A stretch of 64,000 nucleotides of DNA from an uncultured Planctomycetaceae bacterium. Its GTDB lineage: Bacteria; Planctomycetota; Phycisphaerae; SM23-33. Each line of letters starts with the position of its first letter. Position 1 is the first letter of the stretch. The stretch spans positions 46,910-110,909 of the forward strand of contig CAYRVX010000003.1 in NCBI GenBank assembly GCA_964427875.1, given 5' to 3'. This document shows, one piece after another, positions 56,042-64,000 of the stretch. The notes beneath the pieces are model-generated. The model ran no database searches and was not told the DNA's origin. It was given only the letters and a program-made list of their open reading frames with translations. Position numbers and translations under genes: made by a program.

Positions 56042-57520
56042 TCAGCGGGGAACCGGCTGGCCGCTCCTCGCCTCGGCAATGGCCTCGAGCATGGCCCGGG
56101 CCTTGTGGAGGGTCTCGTGATACTCGTCCAGGGGGTCCGAATCGGCCACGATGCCGCCACCGACTTGCAGGAGGACCCGCCCGCCGTCGCAGAGGATGGT
56201 TCGGATGGCGATGTTCCATTCACACGAACCGTTCACGCCGACGATGCCGATGCAGCCGGTATAGACGCAGCGTGCCAAGCCCTCCAGTTCGTCGATGATC
56301 TCCATGGCTCGGATCTTCGGCGCGCCGGTGATGGACCCGCCGGGGAAGGTCGCTTTCAGCAGGTCGGCCGGTCCGACGCCTGACCGCAGCAGGCCCTCGA
56401 CCGTGCCGACCAGATGGAATACGGTGGGGTGGGTCTCCAGGGCTCGGGGCTCGGTGACGCGGATCGTGCCGTACTCGCAGACGCGCCCGAGGTCGTTCCT
56501 CAGCAGATCGACGATCATGGCCAGCTCGGCGTTGTCCTTCGCGCTTGCGACCAGGTCGGCCTTGGCGGCCGCGTCCACCTCCGGGGAACCGACGCGGGGG
56601 CGGGTGCCCTTGATCGGTCGGGTCGTCACGCGACGCCCGCGAACGCGCAGGAACAGCTCCGGCGAGCTGGACAGAACGGCGCATCGGGTGCCGGCCTCCT
56701 CGAAGTCGAGATAGCACGCATACCACGCGGGGTTCCGGCGGCGGAGCGTGCGGTAGATCCGCAGCGGGTCGAGCGCGGTCTCGACCTCGAAACGCTGGGA
56801 GAGGTTCACCTGAAAGATGTCTCCGGCGGCGATGTAGTCGATGCACCGCCGGACGGCCCGGCGGTACTCACTCGGGGTGAAGTTCGGTCTCGCGTCGTCG
56901 ACGGAGGGGCGTGCGGCGGCGCTGGCGCGCTCGGTGGGTTCAGGGGGCGGTTCGGGGGGAATGCTGCTTGCGCGACGGATGACGTCGCGGAGGATCGCCC
57001 CCCCCCGGCCCGCGCCGCGGGGTGGGCGGGCGAATTTCAGTTCCACCAGCGACGCCCGGCCGTCCGTGGAATCGTATATCAGCAGCGCGTCATAGAACGC
57101 CAGCCGCAGATCGGGCAGGCGGGTGTCCCGAACCGCGGCGCCGGGCAGCCGCTCTATGTGGCGCCCGACTTCATATCCGACGTAGCCGATCCATCCGGGC
57201 ACGTAGCCGCCCGTCCCCGGCTGGGACAGCCGAACCAGTGACAGGGCCTTGCCGAGGGCGGACCAGATCGCCTCGTCACTCCCCGCGCCGAGCACGTTTC
57301 CCGCACGGTCGCTCAGGACGCCGTCACGCAGGGTCAGCACTTCCGTCGGCGAGCAGGCCAGAATGCTGGACCGCCCGTACTCGGGGTGAAAGGCCGAGGA
57401 ATCCAGCAGGACCGGGTCTTCCGCGTCGCCCATAAGCTCCAGGAGCGCCGCCGGCGGGTTCCGGAGATCCGCCGCCTCGCCGACCACCTCGGCCTCAAGT
57501 GTCGTGTTGCCCAGGAGCAT
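56042..57520 (-). CDS. pabB: Aminodeoxychorismate synthase component I (PabB) / anthranilate-synthase-I family
   Basis: Chorismate-binding enzyme motifs SSSPELFLRV, PIKGTRPR, GGSITGAPKIRAMEII, GIVGV. PabB is preferred over TrpE because a pabC-like gene is nearby. 492 aa. Confidence 0.75.
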   Translation of the reverse strand: MLLGNTTLEAEVVGEAADLRNPPAALLELMGDAEDPVLLDSSAFHPEYGRSSILACSPTEVLTLRDGVLSDRAGNVLGAGSDEAIWSALGKALSLVRLSQPGTGGYVPGWIGYVGYEVGRHIERLPGAAVRDTRLPDLRLAFYDALLIYDSTDGRASLVELKFARPPRGAGRGGAILRDVIRRASSIPPEPPPEPTERASAAARPSVDDARPNFTPSEYRRAVRRCIDYIAAGDIFQVNLSQRFEVETALDPLRIYRTLRRRNPAWYACYLDFEEAGTRCAVLSSSPELFLRVRGRRVTTRPIKGTRPRVGSPEVDAAAKADLVASAKDNAELAMIVDLLRNDLGRVCEYGTIRVTEPRALETHPTVFHLVGTVEGLLRSGVGPADLLKATFPGGSITGAPKIRAMEIIDELEGLARCVYTGCIGIVGVNGSCEWNIAIRTILCDGGRVLLQVGGGIVADSDPLDEYHETLHKARAMLEAIAEARSGQPVPR

Positions 57521-57553
57521 GATTCACCTCGGCCGGCAGGTCGCCGGACGGGT

Positions 57554-58603
57554 TCAGTAATCCTGCTCTCCGTCGAAGTCGGTGCCGCTGCGGAGGAACT
57601 GATCCTCCGTCAGTTCGTCGACAGCCTTGGCCGAGGCCGCCACGATGGGATCATCGCTGAGCAGGAATCGCTCGATCAGCCTCCTTGCCTTCTTGAGGTC
57701 GCCGCGCCCGGTCACCCGGTACTTGACGGCGCCCAGGGCGATAATGGCTTGTGCTTTCCAGGCGCGGTCCTTCTCGTTCTCGGCCATGTTGAACACGTCC
57801 CCGGGCGAGAGGCGCGGCTCGAACGTAATGGGATCGTTGGCCGGAATGTTGTCCCAGACGATTCGCTTCTTCTTCCGGTAGTTCGCGCTGACCAGACGGA
57901 GGGAGCTCTCGTATTGGCGGATCGATTCAAGCCGGTGCCTCGGCGCCCCGGCCCAGAGCTTGTACAGTTCCTGGAGCCTCTGTAGGGCCGTGGTCTGTAT
58001 CTCGATGCCCTGCCAGCCGACGTGGGGGAAGGCGCGCTCGCTCAGCACGTGAACGCCGTAGATCAACAGGTCCTTGAGGTGCTTTTCGGCCTGGGCGTAT
58101 TCCTTGCGGTCCCTGTGGATCTGGTAGCACTGGTGCACGCCCACGGCCACCTTGAAGAGGTGCTCCGCGTGAGCGTGGTGGTATCCGAACTTGAGGTGCT
58201 TGGGGCTGTAGAGGAAGCTGTATCGCATATTCTTCTTCTTGGCCCCGTCCGCCACGTGGGCGGCGATCTGCTTGCATGCCTTCAGACCGGGGTCGGTCCA
58301 CGGGTTCTCGGAGGCCACGAGGCCGTCGAAATGGGGGGCGTCGCCGGTGGCCTCGATGTCGTCGGCGCTGGATATGTATACCTGGACCGCCTTCTGGTAG
58401 TCCTCCGCTGCGTTGCCGGGCGCCGTCGGCTCGACCCCGATAACTTCCCTCAACGGCACGTCCACCACCTTCAGGTCGAGGAAGCCCGCGACGTTGGTGT
58501 CTATCGGCAGGGAGGTCGGCGGGTCGACGATCACGAAGTACGCCACGCCGATCACGACGATGATCAGCGCCACTGCCAGTATCCAGCCTGTCTTGCTTCC
58601 CAC
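57554..58603 (-). CDS. Hypothetical membrane-anchored protein
   Basis: N-terminal TM helix WILAVALIIVVIGVAYFVIV. No recognised domain. 349 aa. Confidence 0.45.
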   Translation of the reverse strand: MGSKTGWILAVALIIVVIGVAYFVIVDPPTSLPIDTNVAGFLDLKVVDVPLREVIGVEPTAPGNAAEDYQKAVQVYISSADDIEATGDAPHFDGLVASENPWTDPGLKACKQIAAHVADGAKKKNMRYSFLYSPKHLKFGYHHAHAEHLFKVAVGVHQCYQIHRDRKEYAQAEKHLKDLLIYGVHVLSERAFPHVGWQGIEIQTTALQRLQELYKLWAGAPRHRLESIRQYESSLRLVSANYRKKKRIVWDNIPANDPITFEPRLSPGDVFNMAENEKDRAWKAQAIIALGAVKYRVTGRGDLKKARRLIERFLLSDDPIVAASAKAVDELTEDQFLRSGTDFDGEQDY

Positions 58604-58629
58604 GTGACGGCTCCCTCAAACGCGCTGGG

Positions 58630-61533
58630 TCATTCCTCGTTCATCGCGGCCGGGCTGATGAACATGGTACCAAGGTTCCGCGGATCATAGAAGTAACGAG
58701 GCGCGCCGGACCAGCTCGACGCCTCGGCGCCCTGGGTGGCATAGCGGGTGAAGTTGACTCGCCAGAAGGCCTCCTTTGCGCCCTCGCCGAAAGCGGCAAG
58801 GGGAACGGCCAGTTCAACGGTCCAGGCGCCCGGGCGCTCGCCAATGGCAACAGCCGCGAAGCTGGCCCAGGGCCTTGCGCGGCCGAGCGGAGGATCGCAG
58901 CCGACGCCTCGCTCACTGATCAGCACGCCGTTGGGCTTGACGATCAGGTGGTACAGGTCTTCCGGACCGCCCGCCCTGGCGCCCGGATCAAGGAGGACCT
59001 CCACCAGGTCTTCCCCGGCGGCCATCAACTGCTCGTAGTGGACACGGTTGTTGGGTTTCTTCACCACGCCGGAGAGGTTCGGCTCTTCGCAGCGAAAGGC
59101 GATGTAGAGGTTTGTCTCGTCGCGAAGGACAAAGGCCATGGTCCGGCGTTTGGCGAGGCCGTCGTCCTTGCGCCCCCGCCGGCCAATCAGCCTGAAATCC
59201 TTCGCCGTGTTGCCCGCGCGCGGGGGCCAGTCGTCCAGGAGCCCGTCGATCTTCGGCGGCTCCTTCATTCGCCCGGCGAGGAGGAAGCCGACAGAGGCGA
59301 CAACGGGGCGGTCCTTTTCCACGTTGCTGGTCAGGCGGATGGGCACGGGCATTCTGGCGTTGCCCCTCGTCGGCAGCGGGCCCGGCCCCACGGCCTCCAG
59401 GCGAACGACCCTGCGCGAAGCGGGCGGGATTCTCGTCGTCAGGCCGGTGGCGGCCAGGGCCTTCCATCCCCGGGGCAGCTCGCCGAGGCCCGCCCGAAGC
59501 TCCACCTCACGGCCGTACTGGTTGAACAGGTCCAACAGAATGGTCACGTGGAGTTTCTCGGGCGGGACCGTCTCGCTTCCGGGCGCCGGGCGGACCAGAG
59601 AGCGGGTCTGCTCGACTTTCAGTGTGCGGGTCTGCTCTCCGAGGCGCTGCCAGGAGAGTCGATGGGCCAGCGTTCGTGTGCGGGGGGCATGTTCCAGGCT
59701 GACCACGGCCTGGACCTCCTCCGCGAGGATGCGTCTGGCGAGCACCCACGTCTGCCCGTCGCCGGCCCATCCGTCGAGGCGGGGATCGAGGTAATTGTCG
59801 CCGATGCCCGCCAGCCCGGCATATCTCACCAGCGAGTTCGTCATGGCGCGGGCCACACCGGCCCGCTGACGCTTCTGAAGGATCCAGAGATAGGCGATGT
59901 CCTGAAGCCCGCGTCTCATACGCTTCAGCCGGACGGACGGCAGCGGCTCTTCGATGCCCGCGATGGTGCCGGGATAGAACAGGCGGGTCTCGCTCCCGGC
60001 GATGGGCGCGAAGGGGTCCGTCGACCAGTGCAGGACATCGGGCAGGAAGAGGCCGGTGCACCGGTACTTCATGCCGAACCAGACCATGGCGCGGACGTCG
60101 GCGGGCCTGGCGATCACGCCCAGGCTGGGCATGTAGGGCGGCGTCGCCGGCGCCAGCCAGACGCCTGCCAGCGGATGTTCCGCTCCGGCGGCCGAGGCGG
60201 CGATGGTCGGGTCCAGCATGTCGCCCGGCGGCGCGATGATATCCGTGAGGCCCCGCAGATTGCTCGGCGCCCGCCAGGGCGCCCCCGGGGGCGCGCTTGG
60301 CGGCAGTTGGCAGAGAATTGGCGTGTTCGGATCGACCTTTCTCGCGATGGCCGCCAGCCGGGCGTACGTCTTGTACGCCTCCGGGCCGGTCCGCCTGCGG
60401 CAGGGCCAGAAAAACATCCGCTCACCGGCCTGGGTGTGCTTGGCGAAGTGGTCACGACAGGCGGCCAGAAGAGCCGCCACGGTCTCTTCGTACGCTGCGG
60501 CCGACAGACCGGCGTAGTACTCGGGCTTCGGCCAGTCCCCGCTCAGCGGCAGCGGCCAGGCGGCGCAGCCGATCCGGTCGTCGAAGGCCGTACCGTCCAG
60601 GTACGGCATCACGACAGCATCGTAGTCCTGCCACTGGAGCTTCACTTCGCCGTCGGCCGTGCGCTTCATGATGGGACGGACCTGCGTATCGAACAAGTCC
60701 AGGCGGTGATCGTGGGCCAGTCGCATCAGCCGTCGGATCAGGACGAGCCCCCGCCGCACGAGCGGGTTCCTGCGATCCAGGTAGACGGGGTCGAACGGCC
60801 GGTCGTCTCTGGTCAGGAACGCGCCGAGCAGTTCTCGGTGGTCGAAGCCTCCCAAGGCCGGCACCGGCCGTGCGTCGGGCAGCACGAAGGAGTACACCTC
60901 CAACCTCAGCGCCGCGGTCCAGTGCTCCCGGCCGGCGGCCGATACGGTGAGCGTGCCGTTGTAGTCGCCCGCCGCGGCGCCGCGCGGCACGGCCAGGTCG
61001 ATCCACAAGGCCAATCGGCCGTTGGGGTCAATGTCGAAGGAATGTCCGTCGTCGGACGCGTTGATCGGCACGAGGGGATCATACGCTCCGGCCGGGGCGG
61101 GGACCTCCTCCACCAGACGAAGGTACCACGGCGGATACTCGCTGACCCGCAGCGGCAACATGCGGAAGGCCCGAATGCTCGCCCCCGGGATCGCCGCGCG
61201 GCCGGGGCCGGACAGGGCGGTCCACGCGAGCCTCACGTCTTTCGCGCCGCCGGGCCCCCCATCGACGACGATCTGAAAGCTGACGGTCTCGTTGGCGGCG
61301 GCGAAGAGTGAAATCGTCTTTCGACTGCTGTCGAACAGCCCTTCATCCTCGACCCTTTTCGTCCGGTCCGTCAGGCCGACCATGTCACTGGCTGCCCAGA
61401 CCCGAAGCGGCCGACCGCTGATGCCGCCGCTGCCCTGGACGCGCATCTGGATCTGCTCGCACCCGACGGCAAGACAAGCCGTTGAAACGAGGAGCAAAAG
61501 AAACGTCTCTCTGAGAAACGTGCGCTCTTTCAT
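58630..61533 (-). CDS. Large secreted protein (967 aa) with probable glycoside-hydrolase-like core and C-terminal CBM9/DOMON-like domain
   Basis: Lipoprotein-like signal LLLLVSTACLAVGC. A C-terminal IDGLLDDWP...LYIAFRCEEP...EVLLDP pattern typical of CBM9-like modules. The core domain is unidentified. Confidence 0.55.
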   Translation of the reverse strand: MKERTFLRETFLLLLVSTACLAVGCEQIQMRVQGSGGISGRPLRVWAASDMVGLTDRTKRVEDEGLFDSSRKTISLFAAANETVSFQIVVDGGPGGAKDVRLAWTALSGPGRAAIPGASIRAFRMLPLRVSEYPPWYLRLVEEVPAPAGAYDPLVPINASDDGHSFDIDPNGRLALWIDLAVPRGAAAGDYNGTLTVSAAGREHWTAALRLEVYSFVLPDARPVPALGGFDHRELLGAFLTRDDRPFDPVYLDRRNPLVRRGLVLIRRLMRLAHDHRLDLFDTQVRPIMKRTADGEVKLQWQDYDAVVMPYLDGTAFDDRIGCAAWPLPLSGDWPKPEYYAGLSAAAYEETVAALLAACRDHFAKHTQAGERMFFWPCRRRTGPEAYKTYARLAAIARKVDPNTPILCQLPPSAPPGAPWRAPSNLRGLTDIIAPPGDMLDPTIAASAAGAEHPLAGVWLAPATPPYMPSLGVIARPADVRAMVWFGMKYRCTGLFLPDVLHWSTDPFAPIAGSETRLFYPGTIAGIEEPLPSVRLKRMRRGLQDIAYLWILQKRQRAGVARAMTNSLVRYAGLAGIGDNYLDPRLDGWAGDGQTWVLARRILAEEVQAVVSLEHAPRTRTLAHRLSWQRLGEQTRTLKVEQTRSLVRPAPGSETVPPEKLHVTILLDLFNQYGREVELRAGLGELPRGWKALAATGLTTRIPPASRRVVRLEAVGPGPLPTRGNARMPVPIRLTSNVEKDRPVVASVGFLLAGRMKEPPKIDGLLDDWPPRAGNTAKDFRLIGRRGRKDDGLAKRRTMAFVLRDETNLYIAFRCEEPNLSGVVKKPNNRVHYEQLMAAGEDLVEVLLDPGARAGGPEDLYHLIVKPNGVLISERGVGCDPPLGRARPWASFAAVAIGERPGAWTVELAVPLAAFGEGAKEAFWRVNFTRYATQGAEASSWSGAPRYFYDPRNLGTMFISPAAMNEE

Positions 61534-61669
61534 CGCAGAGGGATTGTAGCGTCTGGATGGCGACGAACCAAGTTAGGCGTGGGTCGCGTCGAAGAGGGCG
61601 CGCGGGCCCCTGCCGTGATTCCGAGCGAAAACCCGTGCAAAGACCGGCGATTTCGGCGTTAATGGAAGC

Positions 61670-62572
61670 ATGGCAAGACGGCGACGGGATGACCTCTTTG
61701 ACGAGGAGTTTCTGGCCCGGCTCCAGCGGCTGCATCTGACCGCCAAGCGCCTGACGGCGCGGGGCGCGAGCGGCTCGCGGCGCAGCCGGCGGCTTGGCGA
61801 CGGACTGGAGTTCGCCGATCATCGGTTCTACGCACCGGGAGACGACATCCGCTTCATCGACTGGCCATACTACGCCCGGATGGAGAGGCTCCTGCTTCGG
61901 CTGTTCCACGAACGGAGCGAGGCCGACGTGGCGATCCTGCTGGACGTTTCCGCGTCGATGGCGCCGCCGCGAGCGACGGACAAGTTCGACTACGCCCGCC
62001 GGGCCGCGGCGGCATTGGCGTTTGTGGCCATGGGCGGACTGGAGCGCGTGATCGTCCAGCCGTTCGCGGCCGAACTGGCTCAGCCGCTTCGCACCGGTCG
62101 CAACCGCGGGCAGATCCTCGAGGTGCTGGACTTCCTGGTGGCCCTCCGGCCGGGCGGGAGAACACACCTGCGGCGGTGTGTACAGGCGTTCGCCGGCCAG
62201 ATGGACGGGCCGGCGACCGTGCTGCTGCTCAGTGACCTGCTGGACTGCGGGGAGGAGCTTTCCGACACATTGGCCGAGCTGCGCGGCCGGGGCTGCGACG
62301 TGACGGTCCTGCATGTGTATTCGCCGCTCGATGCATCGCCTGAGCTGAGCGGGCCGATCCGCCTGCAACAGGCGGAGACCGACGAAACGATGGTCCTTCA
62401 CGTGACGGACGAGATCAGGGCCAGCTACCGCCGGCGGTGGGAGAAGTTCGGTGCGGGCCTGGCGCGGACGGCGGCCTCGCGCGGTGCGACGTACGTGGCC
62501 GCGGCCTCCAACGTGCCGTTTGAACAGCTCGTGCTTCAAACGCTCCGGCAGGCGGGTGTGCTGGCGGGTTGA
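61670..62572 (+). CDS. DUF58-family protein (vWA-like fold, usually MoxR-associated)
   Basis: Hallmark LEFADHRFYAPGDDIRFIDW near the N-terminus. 300 aa. Confidence 0.75.
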   Translation: MARRRRDDLFDEEFLARLQRLHLTAKRLTARGASGSRRSRRLGDGLEFADHRFYAPGDDIRFIDWPYYARMERLLLRLFHERSEADVAILLDVSASMAPPRATDKFDYARRAAAALAFVAMGGLERVIVQPFAAELAQPLRTGRNRGQILEVLDFLVALRPGGRTHLRRCVQAFAGQMDGPATVLLLSDLLDCGEELSDTLAELRGRGCDVTVLHVYSPLDASPELSGPIRLQQAETDETMVLHVTDEIRASYRRRWEKFGAGLARTAASRGATYVAAASNVPFEQLVLQTLRQAGVLAG

Positions 62573-62580
62573 GTGGCTCG

Positions 62581-64000
62581 ATGAAAGCTCTGCGGGCAGC
62601 GCTTCCGATGGTTCTGATCGTGCTGGGGCCCATGGTCATGCTTCACACGCTGTGGGGCAATCCCACATCGGCGGGCGAGGACGACGTGATCTACTACTAC
62701 CCGCTGCGGAAGATGGTCGGCCGGGCCTTGCGCGAAGGCCGCTGGCCGCTGCACAATCCCCATGAAGCGACAGGGATGCCGCTGATGGGCGATCCGCAGT
62801 CGGCGGTGATGTATCCTCCCACGTGGCTGTTCGCGCTGATGGCCCCGAAGTCTGCGTACGCCGTGACGCTTTTCCTGGCCTTTTCGCTGGCCGGCGGCGG
62901 GGCGTACGTGTACCTGCGCCGTATCGGGCTGATCCGCCCCGCCGCGTGCTTCGGCGCGGCGGCGTTCATGTTCTGCGGCTTCCTGGTGGGTCACCGCGTG
63001 CACTGGTCCATCCTCCATGCGGGGGCGTACTTGCCGTGGGGACTGTGGTGCATTGAGCACCTCCGCCGCCGGCCGGCGGGGGCGTTTGCCTGGATGGTGC
63101 CGACGGCCTTCCTCACGATCGCGGCCGGTCACTGGCCCACCGTCATCCACATGGGGCTGATCTTGTCGGCATATCTCCTGCTTCGGGGCCGGCCGCTGGT
63201 GCGGTCGATTGCCGTCGCCACGGCGGCACTGATTATGGCGGCCGCGCTGGCCGGGCCGCAAATCGAAGCCACCGGCCGCGTGCTCGCGCAGGTCACGCGA
63301 AACCGCATCGGCTACGCCACCGCGGGCGAGAACAGCTTCTTTCCGGCCTCGGGGATCCTGGCGCTGTTTCCCATGGTGCTCGGCTGCCGCACGCCGAACT
63401 TCTTCCCGACGAATTGGTGGGGCCCGTGGCATCTGTGCGAGACCCTGGGATACGTCGGACTGGTGACGCTGGTCCTGGCGGCGGGAGCGGTGTGGAAGGT
63501 GTATCGCAAGGGAAACCGTGACCAGGCGCCCGAGGATGCCGCGTTTGGCCCAGCGAGGGATAACCCCGAAAGCCTCCTTCCGGCAAGGGCCGGTGAGACA
63601 GGGATACAGACCCTTCAACCGCTCGTGAGAGCCTGGACGTGGATCGCCATCGGCACCGGGATCTGGATGTTGGGGTATTACCTGCCGACCTATCGCCTGA
63701 TTCACGTGCTGCCGATCCTGGGGGTGATCCGCTGCCCTGCCCGGATGGTCCTTGGGCTGGACATGGCGCTGGCGACGCTGGCGGCCGTGGCGATTCACCT
63801 GGTCGCCGTCGGCAAGAGCTGCGACCGTGTCGGACCGCTCCGCCGGTGCGTTGCGTGGGGCGCCTCAAGAGGTCTGCCGGCCGCCATGGTTGCGACTCTG
63901 ATTCTCCTTGCCGCCGTTGGAGTGATCTCCGTGGCCTTCTTTGGCGGGGAGATCATCTTCTTTGACAGCGGCGAGGCGGGATGGCAGGCCCTGAAGGCGG
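62581..64000 (+). CDS. Polytopic integral membrane protein. Partial: continues past the window end.
   Basis: ATG at 62581, 9 nt after the DUF58 stop. The frame stays open to position 64000 with >=10 hydrophobic helices and strong GC3 bias. It is absent from the ORF track because there is no stop. The overlapping minus-strand ORF 62536..63798 is judged an artefact. Confidence 0.6.
   Translation, partial: MKALRAALPMVLIVLGPMVMLHTLWGNPTSAGEDDVIYYYPLRKMVGRALREGRWPLHNPHEATGMPLMGDPQSAVMYPPTWLFALMAPKSAYAVTLFLAFSLAGGGAYVYLRRIGLIRPAACFGAAAFMFCGFLVGHRVHWSILHAGAYLPWGLWCIEHLRRRPAGAFAWMVPTAFLTIAAGHWPTVIHMGLILSAYLLLRGRPLVRSIAVATAALIMAAALAGPQIEATGRVLAQVTRNRIGYATAGENSFFPASGILALFPMVLGCRTPNFFPTNWWGPWHLCETLGYVGLVTLVLAAGAVWKVYRKGNRDQAPEDAAFGPARDNPESLLPARAGETGIQTLQPLVRAWTWIAIGTGIWMLGYYLPTYRLIHVLPILGVIRCPARMVLGLDMALATLAAVAIHLVAVGKSCDRVGPLRRCVAWGASRGLPAAMVATLILLAAVGVISVAFFGGEIIFFDSGEAGWQALKA

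Noticed and set aside
62536-63798. 420-aa minus-strand ORF at the 3' end of the window
   Set aside because: It lies antisense to an uninterrupted plus-strand frame encoding a plausible >10-TM membrane protein with strong GC3 bias. The minus ORF is Arg/Gln/His-rich low-complexity sequence typical of antisense GC artefacts.

Overview
This 64 kb window is high-GC (~65-70%) and encodes mostly protein-coding genes. The organism is most probably a Planctomycetota member. This is inferred from arginine-rich N-termini, a 'FEQxEPRLLLSA' N-terminal motif on a giant secreted protein, and many very large secreted proteins. No rRNA, tRNA or CRISPR array was recognisable by eye.

Housekeeping genes identified:
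- Aspartate-family biosynthesis: lysC, hom, lysA, and an iPGM-family 'proposed homoserine kinase' adjacent to hom.
- Folate branch: pabB and a pabC-like gene.
- Haem biosynthesis: a sirC-like / ccsA(hemX)-like / hemA operon.
- Others: nth, htrA, glycerate kinase, a Nif3-like protein, an ABC sugar-uptake operon at the 5' edge, and an exbB-exbD cluster followed by nikR.

Accessory and unusual content:
1. A compact IS200/RAYT-like HUH transposase gene, bracketed by 19-bp palindrome-containing inverted repeats (REP-like).
2. A sigma54-activator-associated locus, in which a four-gene minus-strand operon encodes, in order, a HlyD adaptor, a GAF-GAF-HlyD protein, a PqqD/RRE-M50 metalloprotease-HlyD fusion, and a C-terminally truncated SecA paralogue. 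This operon is divergent from a GAF/sigma54 enhancer-binding protein. Downstream lie three giant genes: a PPC-repeat/RTX/calpain-like protease, a secretin-N/TPR protein, and its paralogue. This looks like a dedicated, possibly undescribed peptide/protein processing-export system.
3. A lower-GC island (~38.2-44.3 kb) beginning with a 1.5 kb gene-free tract packed with tandem and inverted repeats. It continues with an AAA-ATPase + S8-subtilase pair (IetAS-like candidate defence system) and an Mrr-type restriction endonuclease.
4. An XRE-S24 (LexA/CI-like) repressor next to an ASCH gene, an ABC-ATPase::GNAT fusion and a ParB-like nuclease-domain protein.

Many long ORFs in the six-frame track are opposite-strand or alternative-frame read-throughs caused by high GC and were not annotated. 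All calls rest on motif recognition by eye. No database searches were run.
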